NCBI RefSeq assembly: GCF_964194155.1
Contig: NC_135898.1
Span: forward strand, 13,454,001-13,518,000
DNA: 64,000 nt
Direction: 5' to 3'
DNA from: Cetorhinus maximus
Taxonomy: Eukaryota
Shown: positions 26,745 to 38,169 of the stretch, piece by piece
Position numbering within the stretch: the first letter of the stretch is position 1
How the letters are laid out: every line of letters begins with the position of its first letter
Position numbers and translations under genes: made by a program
The notes under the pieces: model-generated
Database searches by the model: none
What the model was told of the DNA's origin: nothing
Seen by the model: only the letters and a program-made list of their open reading frames with translations

Positions 26745-27102
26745 TGTTACTTGGTTCCAGAGTGTGGTGTGCATGAATATGGGTAGCCAATGGGTTTACA
26801 TGGACTACTTACTGTGAACATTATAGTGTAAAATAGCTTTGTAATTTGTGTTATCCTTACAAATCTGTATATATCTGTAAAGGTATAGTTGTGGGTGAAG
26901 GAGTATTGTAATATAGTTCATCTTTTTTTGTTTAATAAATGTTTTACGCTTTTGTTAAAAGTTCATTAGCTGACTCCGGTGACTCTGTTCAGCAGCCCCT
27001 CTCCACGTACCTAAACAAACAAATAAAAGTTAGGATCTATCAAGCTGGGTTCCACCTTGGGGTCAGGCTTGTCTAGGGGTAATCTCAGCTGGGATCGTAA
27101 CA
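26745..27102 (+). mobile_element. Probable LTR fragment or solo LTR
   Basis: Termini TGTTAC...GTAACA, internal AATAAA near 26935. No clear TSD. Confidence 0.45.
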
Positions 27103-27620
27103 GAATGTCTCCCTTATGTCTCCACAGTACTGGAAGTGCAGTTTGAGAACAGCACTGCATAGCTTCATCAAGCTTCTTCTGACTTGTATTCTTCTGTTGA
27201 GAGATATACAGATCAACATTCGATTGTCTGAACCAAGTGGGTGAGAAATACACAAACGTGGGGATTTTTACCTCACCAGATACATTGGCAGCATTGGGAA
27301 TAGTATGTGGGTTTTTTTAATGATTTATTCTTTCATGGGATGTGGGTGTCACTGGCGAGGCCATCATTTATTGCCCATCCCTAATTACCCTTAAGAATAT
27401 TGTGGTGAGCCACCTCCTTGAACCGTTGCAGTCCATGTGGTGCTGGTACACCCCCAGTGCTGTAAGGAATGGAATTCCAGGAGTTTAGCCCAGTTACAGT
27501 GAAGGAATAGCAATGTGGTTCCAAGTCAGGATGGTGTGTGGTTTGGGTGAGGACTTGTAGGTGGTGGTGTTCTCATGCATCTACTGCCCTTGTCCTTCCT
27601 GGTGGCGTAGTATAATGGAG

Positions 27621-28521
27621 TGTTACAACCAGGTGAGAAGGGGTGACCTTGCTCCCCTTATTTCAATCTCCTTGGTTGGTCACAACAAAGATTTAAGTTT
27701 CTTTTTCACGAGGATTCCAAATCAGAATGTAATTAACTGTTTAAGTTGTGAGCAATAAGGAGTCAATCAAACAAGGTTTTCTTGTGTCAAAGAAAGAGCA
27801 AATTTGTTAACTACTAAACCCAAGAAAAATAATGAAAAATGCAACATCAAACATTTGGCCCTCATGCTGTCATTAGGGCCTGCACTCACAGGTATCAGAA
27901 ATAAAAGAAGTTAGAGTCCAATTAAAAAAAAGGTAATAGAATATACTGTTAAGTGTCCCTTGATTATCCTTGAGGCGCAGATTTTAAACATTGCGGCCGA
28001 TTTAGGTTAGCTGGTTTCTTGGATACAGTCAGAATTAGAAGATGTTGCAGTTATTACGAGATCTTGATTCGCTCGTAGGTTTCTGGTAGAGTTGACTTCT
28101 CAAACTTGGCGACACGTTTATTCCTGAAGATATGGAGGAAGAGAGCGAGCAGCCGTCAGCTTGTTTCCTTTGCTGAAGGCTTTCTGGAAACTGCCTGTGT
28201 CACTTGCAATCCTTCTCTACTGGCTTGCAGCCTTGTCTCAAAATACTTCACCCATTATGTATTTCCAAAAGCTTTTAAGTGGGTGTGTCGTGGCAGCCAT
28301 TGATTCAATATCCAATAGTTGGCATTTTTAATGTGTCTTCCTTTGACAGTTATGAGTTTCAATGGGTGAGGGCAATTTATTGACTTGTTGCCTCGACTTT
28401 GAAATGTGACCTTGCATTTTTAAGCAGTTTGCTCTGTTTCAGTTCAAATTGCAAAAGCTCCAGCTCAGTTGGAAGTTGAAAAATCATATTTTCAAAAATT
28501 AAGCGGCATAGCCCCCTAACA
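27621..28521. mobile_element. Solo LTR
   Basis: Termini TGTTA...TAACA, flanked by the 4-bp direct repeat GGAG (27617-27620 and 28522-28525). Confidence 0.75.
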
Positions 28522-28621
28522 GGAGTCTGTTAGACAAAGTCCCACAAAGGATTAACTGTAATAGTCTGTGAGGTTATAGAAGGAGGTGACATAGAGTCAT
28601 GTCATCTGAGAAACTCGGAGA

Positions 28622-29495
28622 TGTTATGGCACAGCGGATGGTAAATGCTGACCAGTTCAAATCCCAGAGTGAAACTTGAAACAACTGCCACAACTATTTT
28701 ACAATTTGTATTTATTTTTAGATGCATGCCTTGAATTCAGTACATAAGACCACCAAGTCATATAGAGTTCTTACAAAACTAAATTAAATATTTAGTAATA
28801 AAAAAACTATTTTAAGCACATACATAGGTTTACAAATTACTACTATGATAACTCCTAGCTCCTCTGGTTAATCTAACTCCCAGTTACACCCCTTTTAAGG
28901 CCACAGTAAAACACATAGATTTTAGAAAACCTTGGCAAAGTAACACAATACTCTGAACAGTCAAATTCAAAGTGCGTTTTCTTCACTTCAGTTCGTGCAG
29001 ACAGAAACTTGAGGCTTAGAGTCTGGAGCTTTTTATACTTGTTAGATCTTAGAATTCCTTTTCTTACACACAACATCATCTCCCTTTTACAGGTTTCTCC
29101 CTTTTTAATGTAAATCCCATTGTCCCAGTATGTCTTTCAACTCTACTTTTCTAATAATAAAAATCTTTCATGGTACCAATTTTATCAGTAAGCCTTGGGA
29201 AAAATAAACAGACTGTTTGGCTTCTTCTGGCTAAGTGTAACATTGCACCACCTCTTTTGAAATTCAAATTACTCTGGTTTATCTAAAAATGCAAATGTTC
29301 CCTTTACACCTCACATTCTAAAACTTCAGCCATGTTTACCTATTTAACATTTCAAACCTACCTTCTCTTTTGATACATCAAAGCCGTGCTGTCCCCCGCC
29401 CCAACACATATACGCACACAAATGCGCGCGCACACACTATTCATACCTTACAATAATTCCAGTAACATTATGAAAATTATTATATTTTCCTGACA
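28622..29495. mobile_element. Second solo LTR (different family)
   Basis: Termini TGTTA...TGACA with flanks GAGA/AAGA (3 of 4 match). Sits within the Gypsy 5' LTR region just upstream of the PBS. Confidence 0.6.
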
Positions 29496-30900
29496 AAGAA
29501 AGCAGCATGGAAAGAAGCTAGCGTCAGGGAGTGTTGTCAGAGAGTGTTCTTCAGGAGTTATTGAAACTGCTCCAACCCAACAGCACAAAAATATATGGTG
29601 GCAAGCGGTAAAAAGATGGTGATTGAAAAATCTCTACCTCTAGTGGAGAGTTTTGAGAATGTTACAGGCCCAGCTCAGGCTGAAGCGTAGCAAAGTGGTA
29701 CATGAGGTTCGCTCGATTTCACACTGCATCGGGTCTTGCAGCAAAGCCAGACTGTGACCAGGTCAGTACACTTTTGCATGTAATGGGTGACTGTGTGGGT
29801 GACATTTTAGTTACCCTGGGGATCACTGAGGGTAAAGCCACATATCCTGAAGTTATTGATGCAATGGAGACATATTTCAATCTCAGCAAGACCACAATTG
29901 TGGAATGCTTAAAGTTTAATAAATGTAACCAGAGACACAGGGAAAGCATCAACACGTTTATTAATGAATTGTACCGATTAGCAGGAGACTGAGAGTGTGG
30001 TAATCTGAAAGAGGAGCTAGTTTGCGACAGAATTATTGTTGGAGTCATGGATGATGCATTCTCAGATCATTTGCAGTCCTGAGATGACTTGATGCAGGCG
30101 AAAGCAATTTAATTAAATAGACAAGCTGAGGTCAGGAGGCAAAAATGATTGGTAGAGGAGAGAAAGAGAGAGAAAAAGCCCAAATTCCAAAGTAACAAAT
30201 ACAGTTGAATTTGTCAGACATAAAAAAGGGAAAACAGAGAGGAGAGACGTACAGCATGAAAAGCAATTAATGTTGGAAGCCCAGACTAGTTGTTGCTGGT
30301 GGGGAAGAGAAAGCCACGGGCACAGGAATTGTCCCACCGAAGACATGCAATACCATTGGTGCAAAAAGATGGGGCATTTTCAGGCAGTATGTTGCAGTAG
30401 AAAAAACGAGCAGAATGCTCAAAATGAAAAAGGTTTAAAAGGAAACAGAGTCCATGAAGTTGAAGATTCACAAGATATTGAGATACCCCTCTTCGGAGAG
30501 ATTAAAGAATTAAGTGGGAACTATTGGAGTGCAGAGATCCTGGTAGAAGGTCAGAGAACACACTTCAAATTAGATACTGGAATAGCTGTCTCAGTTCTTT
30601 CAGATGCTGAACCATGGTTAAACAAGAGTTAAACAAAAAGCTCCACGGACCAAGAGAAAGGTTCCAGGAGAATTAACAGCTGCTTTTAAGCACAGAAAGT
30701 AATTTAAAGCCTAGAAAATAATTGCTGAAGTACAGTATGTAATTCAAGATCAGGGTTACTCACTTTTAAGTAGAAAGTAGAAGTAGAAAGAATTAAATCT
30801 AGAATAGAAGAAATAAAGAATGATGAAGTCAATCCGGAGATTTCAGAACAGAATTTTCCAAGTTATTTACAGAATTGGGAGAGCTAAAAACAGTTTTTAT

Positions 30901-31194
30901 GGGGAGGCGGTGGCATAGTGGTATTGTCACTGGACTCGTATTCCAGAGACCCTGGGGACCCGGGTTTGAATCCTACCACGCCGGATGGTGAAATTTGAAT
31001 TCAGTAAAAAATTTGGAATTAAAAATCTAATGATGACCATTGCCAATCGTTGCAAAAACCCCAATTCACTAATGCCCCTTAGGGAAGGAAATCTGCTGTT
31101 CTTATCTGGCCTGGCCTACATGTGACTCCAGACCCACAGCAATGGCTCATAAAAATGCTCTCTCAATGATGGGCATCCAATGAATAAAAAAAAA
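30901..31194 (+). mobile_element. tRNA-derived SINE inserted in the Gypsy pol region
   Basis: A box TGGCATAGTGG (30911-30921), B box GGGTTTGAATCC (30962-30973), A-rich tail. Related copies at about 5060-5412, 6140-6450 and 55045-55430 (-). Confidence 0.8.
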
Positions 31195-32533
31195 CGCGTA
31201 TCGTATATCACACTAAGCCCAGAAGCAAAACCAATATTCTTATAGACTCCCAGGAAAGTGTCCACATCCTTTCCTTCCATAGGTGAAGAAATCAACTCAA
31301 TGGTAAGACAAGGAGCCATTTCACCCATAAAAGATGCAATAAGTTGATGCTCAGGGATGATACAGGTTTCAAAGCAAAACAATTCCATAAGAATATGTGT
31401 CGATCTCACAACTCAATAAAGCTGTGAAAGGAGAAGTCCATCCAATAGTACCAGTAGATGAGAGTTTATCAAAATTAGGGAAGAGCTCAATATTCTCTAA
31501 TTAGATGCTAACACCAGATTCTGGCAAATACCACTCGAAGAGGAGTCCAATCCTCAACTTTCATAAACGCATTTGGAAAATTCTGTTTCAGTAGGTTACT
31601 CACTGGAATAACATGAGCATCAGAGATCTTTCAAAGAACAATGGCAAATATTTTAGGGGGCTTACCTGCCAAAATGCTGTCTCAATTACTCAATTAGCTC
31701 AGTTGGCAAGAACCAAAGAAGGGCATGCAGACGAAATGACAATTATGGCTACCACAAAGAAGACCTGCAACCCTCCACCCACCAAGCCCTCCAGTAAGCA
31801 GAATAGGACAAGGACACAGGGAGGGACAAGAGGAAGAAAAAGGATGAATCAACAGGCTGCCAAACACCAGCACTGTTCTCCAAGCCTTGCACTCAACAGC
31901 AGACTAAATTGATGGAGGAGGAACCAGTAGAGGACAACTGGGGAAGTGGCAGCTGTTGAAGAAGACCAAAAAGAAGGGGCCAAGAAGGGACCAAGGCACT
32001 TCCCAGACCAATGGCAAGGGATGACTCCCATCCAACATGGATGACATGGACTGTTGCTGTTTTGATGAGGAAGAACTCCACCTATAGAAGAGTCGGTGAA
32101 GCGTTGAGCTGGAGAAGAAGATCCTGAGCTCCAAAATATTTGTAACAGTGCAGAGGCTCAACCTCAAAGTCAAGAGGCCAGCATACCCAGCTCCAGAAAG
32201 CCACTTTTGAAGGAGAATGGATTGGAAAGACTTCTCCAACAGAGGACAGCCCAAACCTTGTTCTTTGCATGAATCCCCCCTCACCGACAGCACTCGGGCG
32301 GAACAGTTCTAGCAGGGCGGACCAGGATGGTTTTCTCAGCCCAACACAAGTGATACAATTTGTGAACACTATGGTTATGCAGAAGCATACTCAAAGACTG
32401 GAACTGTCAAAGACAATGAGTATGGTAAGCGACAAACAGCTTCAAATTGGGTAAAAGTATTGTTTGCATTAACATGGGTGGCCTTAAATTCACCACACAA
32501 TGTGTTTCAACTTTGTGTTACCCTGCCAAGGTT

Positions 32534-32841
32534 ACTTGCTCGTCCTGCTTTCTACTCTTAATGCCATCATTTTCACATTCCTCAGCTAATATCACCACTG
32601 TCAACACCCCTTTGTCCTTTTGTCTATGACATCTTTGGCAATCTCTTCTTTACCTCCACCTTTCACTGGCCCTCTATCCAGCTCTCCCTGTCCCACCCCC
32701 CTCAACCAGCTTATATTTCACCTCATTTCTATATTTCTTAGTTCTGATGAAGAGTCACACGGACTCGAAACGTTAACTGTATTCCTCTCCGCAGATGCTA
32801 TCAGACCTGCTGATCTTTTCCAGCTATTTTTGTTTTTGTTT
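32534..32841 (+). mobile_element. Penelope-like pLTR-only insertion inside the Tx1/L1 remnant
   Basis: Closely matches the reverse complement of 59900-60170. Imperfect TSD CAAGGTT/CAAAGTT at 32527-32533 and 32842-32848. Confidence 0.8.
32740..32778 (+). ncRNA. Minimal type I hammerhead ribozyme motif (canonical core) in Penelope pLTR
   Basis: AGUU-CUGAUGA-A-GAGUC(ACACG)GACUC-GAAA-CGUU-AACU. Stem I AGUU/AACU, stem II 5 bp, loop-less palindromic stem III (AACGUU). Confidence 0.75.
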
Positions 32842-35800
32842 CAAAGTTGACCTACTGTTTGTGCAGAAGTACAGAATATGGCATCCTAGCTCCTACCGGC
32901 AACGGTCGCGATGGTAATCCATGTGCCATTCATCTGGCTGGGACGAATCGATTCTACTTCCCTGCTGCGGGGAGGTACTTCACCGTTTCCAAAGTTATGG
33001 AGGTGGTGGGTGGGCACCTCCTTGTAGCAAACGTAACGTGCAAAAACGCTCTGCTCTGGTTCGTTAACATGTACGCCCCAGCTCAAAACAGCAAGTGCCT
33101 GACCATCCTTCCACAGCTCCCACAGCTGCTGGCGCAGTCCTCGCTGGTCATTCTAGCCAGTGCATTATGGATATGGCTGGCTGATCTGGTAGAGTTGTCA
33201 GCAAACTGGATGCAATGTCCACACTCCTGATGGAAATGATAAAAGATGCCAAGCTGCATACTGTTTCCAGCAACCTGAAGATGGCGCAAATATGCGTGGC
33301 AGAGGCCACATGGTTCTACACGTTCCAGGATAGACTTCCTGTTTGTGTCCCCAGCACTCATGGTCAGATCCACTGACATCAAGCTGCTGCTCTTCTGACC
33401 GCTGCCTCCGACTGTCACCTTCAGGAAAACCAGGTGTTTGGTAGGGGCACATGGAAGCTGAATGTGAGTTTGCTGACCCCAGGGAAGTAAGGAACTCAAA
33501 AAGGATTACAAAGGTTGGAGAACTGTGAAACCCTTTTTTGAGTTTCCAGTGCACCAGTGGGAGTATGCTTCTGGCCGGCAGCATAGTCATTATGTATAAG
33601 GAAAGGCATCATCACCCTCATCTACAAACAGAAGGGGAGAGGAGGAGATCAGAAATTGGTGACCCATTTCACCAATTTAGAGTAGAGTACAAAATTCTGT
33701 CCAAGGTCATTGCCAGTCAGTCCAAGTCTGCTCTGAAGTTGGTGATCTATCCTGACCAGATTTGTGCTGTACCCAGGAGGAAGATCTCTGAGTGCCTTAC
33801 ACTACTCAGGGATATGATTGCCTATGTGCTGGACTTGGAGGGGGGTGCGTGGTTTGAATACCTGCCTAATTAGTTTGGAACAGGAGAAGGCCTTTGACAA
33901 AATATTGCATACCTACATGATGGATGTGGTCTCCAAAATGTGGTTTGGGGAGGGAATCCATAAGTGGATACAACTGCTCTACATAAACATAAGTAGCGCA
34001 GTTTCAATCAATGGCTGGGAATTTTAAAGCTTTCCAATCAAATTTGGAGTCAGACAGGCCTGTCCTCCCTCCCTTATCTTGTTCTAAGTTGTATTGAACC
34101 TTTCACCAAGTCCAGGAAGGATGGAGGTAAAGAGGGAGACCATCCTCGGCAGTGGGGGCGCTCCGGTCAAAGCCTCTCTTTAGATAGACGACGTCACCGT
34201 TTTCTGCTCAGATCCACTACTAGTGTACCGATTGATGTGCATCTGTGGCCAGTTTGAACAGGCCTCAGGAGCAAAAGTAAACCGTGGCAAGAGTGAGGTT
34301 ATATTCTTTTGGAACTGGACTGACCGATCATTTTCTCCCCTTTACCATCAGGTCAGACTATCTGAAGGTACTTGGGATATGGTTCAGAGGGGCTTGAGGC
34401 ATATGTTAAAAACTGGAAGGAGCATGCATACAGCTATGGTCAAACTAAAACTGGGCAAGAACCTGATCATTAGTTGCAAGATGCTCTCAGTTACGCTGTA
34501 TGTGGCTGGCTCATTCCCCACTCCCGCGCTATGTTCCACTTTATCTGGAGGTCAAAAATGGATCATGTCTGCAGTGACACGATCAACAAACCTCTAAAGG
34601 GGAGTGGGGGCTGGGGGAGAAACGTACCAAATATCACCTCGTCCTGATGGCCACCTTCATGCGCAGCTGCATCAAGCTGTGTGTAGGCACTTGGTACATA
34701 AACACCAAGTGTCACCGCTTGCTGAGGTTTTACCTGTACCTGATTTTGTGAAGGATGGGGCTAGTCTCCTTGTGCACATGATGCAGGACTCTGTTCTATG
34801 GGTTGTTGCCAGGAACACACACCAAGGTAACCATCAACTGCAGTTTGAGGACCAGTGAAAGATGTTCTTTGAAATTTGCTGGTCTTCCAGTGCAAAGAGT
34901 CGCCCATTACCAAGTGTTGCAGACAGGCATCTTCCAAAGTCCAGGAATACATGCTAAGGGACTCACTAAAGCTTGATGCAGCCACCACAGAGACACAGTG
35001 GGGAACACCATATAAGGCCTTTCAGCCATTGTACACTGAGGAGCTGGAAACTGTGTATAACACTTTGGACTGCATGCCTTAAATTGAATGAATATTGTAA
35101 ATATCAAGAGTATTGAAATTGTATTGAGGCACCTCATAGTGGAACATGCTGTATGGAGAAAAGTTAAATTCTAATGCACTTCCTGCAATATTCAATTTGA
35201 AATGTTTTGTGAAGTACTTTTATAAATATTATGAATAAAGTATATTCTTGGGGGAAAAAGAGGAACCAGTAGAAGCAGAATACAAGAAGAAGCCGGTACA
35301 CCTCAAACTGTGCCTCAGCTGCATTAGGAAGTAAAGATTTTGTGCAGCCTGTCAACTGCCTGCTCATCAAATATAACCTTTGCTGAATAAATCTTCTATT
35401 TTCATTGTGACTAGCTTTGTTGTCTGTCAACTTCTGTCTGGTCCAAGAACATATATCCAAAACTGCCACCATGCCTACCTCACAGAGACTCCATTACCAC
35501 ATCCAGAGTGGTAAAAAGATAAATACAACACAGTGATTCAGTGGGCAATTGTACTGAGCCAGATTGACCAGGTAGGTTCTGGATTGCATTCTCCCATCAA
35601 TAGTGAGTTACAGTAAACCTCTTCAAGTTAAAGTTAAAAATCAGGCAGCTGTTTCTGTTCCTGATCTCCATCCAATGGTTGTGAGGATCTGGTTCAGCTG
35701 CTCGAGCTGCACTGAGCCATTGTCCAGGCTTTCATGAAGAACATCAACAACTAACGGGAACTATCTCCAGGTATGAGTCACCATTTTCTGAAGAGGAGGG

Positions 35801-38169
35801 GTAAAGGGAAGTTAACTAGAGGAATATTTTATTGAAACAAGAGAAGCTTGCATATTAATTCTATATCGGTAGGAACTTCATAACCATCCCTTCTAAACAT
35901 CCACTAAGTGCAGAAGTTAGACATGCATAAAGTCACCATCACACAGCACTAAGGATAGCTGTAAATTTCTTTGATTTGCTTTTTACTTGTAAATCTGCAT
36001 TTAACAGGTTGCTATACTCAATTTGGCCAGGGGTTAGGAAAGAAGCAATCAGGAAGCACATTCCCACAGGACACTTGCCCATCTCCTTATGAACAGCTTG
36101 ATGTTGACATGAGCAAAGGCCTAAAATCAAGTCACTTTTCAGATTCAAGAAGGGAGAAAAAGGCAATTTTTCAGTTGTCCACATTCTGGAATGATCCTTG
36201 TATCTGTATAGTGCTTTATATGTAGAAAGTTGTCAAAGTGCTGAAAATAACTATTTTTGATGTGCAGCAGCTACTCTTTTTCACCAACCATTCTGCATTG
36301 ACAATATCCGACAAGTTAATCTATGATTTTTTTTTAATGACTTTTCCTGAAGGAGGAATGTTGGTCAGGACCCTGGAGAAGTCCTTACTCGACTTCGAGT
36401 AACATAATGGCAACTTAAACGTCCATCTGAATTACCAGAACAGGCAACTTGGTTAACATTGCATCCAACTGGTGCTTCAGTACCACAGTACAAAGTCAGT
36501 CTTAATACACTCCCATCAAAAAAACTGCTCTTCATCATGTGATGAATATTCAGTCAGTGCCGCTCTGACATTTCTACAAGTATTCTTACAAATACTTTAT
36601 CTTTTCTGTTTCTTGTGCGGCAAGTTTGAATTGATGTCGTCTTAACTATGGCTATTCCAAGTGAGCTGAAAACTAGAGATGAAAATATTCGTAACTTCAC
36701 AATAGAAAGTCTCATTACTTTTTCCTATTAGTGAATTACATAGTTATTACTGAGTATTGTTCATACTGGAAGTTGATCAGTTTCTACTTTGGTCATCTTT
36801 TATCAGCAATAGGTGCTACCAGCTTAGGTACAGCACAAGTTCATTGGAAAATGAAGCTTCATCTACGCTGGTCCAATAAGATCAAGCCCAAACTCAGAAA
36901 AGCACCTCTGCACTTGAAATGTAAATTTGACCATTTCATATAAGTAATAGCCTGTAAGGGTGAGATTGCTTGATTCAGTGCTGAATACGGACTGTTGTGT
37001 GTTATGAAGCTACTACTGGGAAGAGCACTGTGGACTGTAGAGACACTTTCATATATCAGTTTCAGTTCAGAGTTCCTGGAGGGAAAGGGTGCTAAAGCAG
37101 TGAATCACCACATTCTCATTTTGTTTAATTTGAAATTATATTAAAAGCTACATAAAATTCCATGCACCCTTAGATTTATTATGGAATGTCATCTGTCCTT
37201 AAAATAAATCCTTGGAGCTACAAGTTTATCATCCTGCCCCTGTTGCTGAAGTGTGGCAAGTGCTGCAGTGCACAAAATGACCATGTGGCCATCATTTGCA
37301 GCAAGGAAGGACATGAAGAAAGCAGATTAAATAAGCTGCTTTAAAAAATTGGTTGCTTATGCAAACACAAAGCGATATAATAACCGGTTTGAAAGATATT
37401 TATTTTTGTATACACATAGGCTGAAACAAACACAGCCAAATATGACATCTCATGGAATGTGTTGCCACCTAAAATGGCATGAGCTGATTAGCTGCTAGCA
37501 GTGTTTCCTAATTTGTGTGACACTGCCAAAGTGTCACAGGATGGTCAGTAATTCCATATGTCAAATTTACATATACGCACACAGATGGAGTTCTTCAGGC
37601 ATCAGTCACAGTATTTAAGATAACTTATATTTTATAACAATGGAAATTTTATAAAATGGTTAGTTATTTTGTGTCTTATTACATCCTCAGGGCGATACAA
37701 CCAAAGAATTACTTCGCTTGACCCTGTTATTTGGATAAATATGACACAATGTGTCCCACAAATGGTAAATGAGATGATAAACTTTGTTTTTGAATTGGAC
37801 GGGTCATACCAAACAATTCACAACATATTCTCTGCTGCGAAGATATAACTGTATCCTATTAAGATCATGTCTAATTGCTGCAATGAAACTCTGGCTGAGT
37901 TCATTCAGCTTACTGTTCAGAATCCTCCATATTTTTGTCTTTTGGAGAGGAATTTGATATAATCCTTAAAATGTGTACTCAGCCCACCATTCTTATTATG
38001 TTATTAGTGAATGTCCTGCAAATCCGTCAACTAAATCAGAGAATATGTTATTTTATACGGAGAGGGATAAAATACCATGTAAAACATAACGCATTATTCA
38101 TAACATAACATTTGTCCCTTTTTTGTCACACATTTGATAAAACTCTTGATACATTAGCAGGATCTCCAC

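Larger units (their letters stand above)
27606..31660 (+). mobile_element. Degenerate Ty3/Gypsy LTR retrotransposon (interrupted 5' LTR, PBS, gag, protease, RT start)
   Basis: PBS-like TGGTGGCAAGCGGT at 29596-29609 (close to the complement of the tRNA-Leu 3' end). gag RFARFHTASGL...ESINTFINELYRLA; Zn-knuckle remnants (CKKMGHFQAVC); protease FKLDTG; RT pieces ICVDL and LDANTRFWQIPL. The 5' boundary is approximate. Confidence 0.8.
31665..35260 (+). mobile_element. Tx1/L1-clade non-LTR retrotransposon remnant
   Basis: APE pieces WFVNMYAPAQ and SRIDF; RT pieces YKILSKVIA...PDQICAVP.RKI and LISLEQEKAFDKI; GAKVNRGKSE. 3' end ATGAATAAAGTATATT followed by an A-rich tail. Heavily frameshifted. Confidence 0.78.

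Noticed and set aside
30911-30980. tRNA-like A and B boxes
   Set aside because: Head of a SINE; no cloverleaf and no Pol III terminator at tRNA length.
37795-37965. About 55-codon minus-strand frame with a helical look (KIWRILNSKLNELSQSFIAAIRHDLNRIQLYLRSRE)
   Set aside because: No start codon, no linked exons and no recognised family; its length is within chance expectation.
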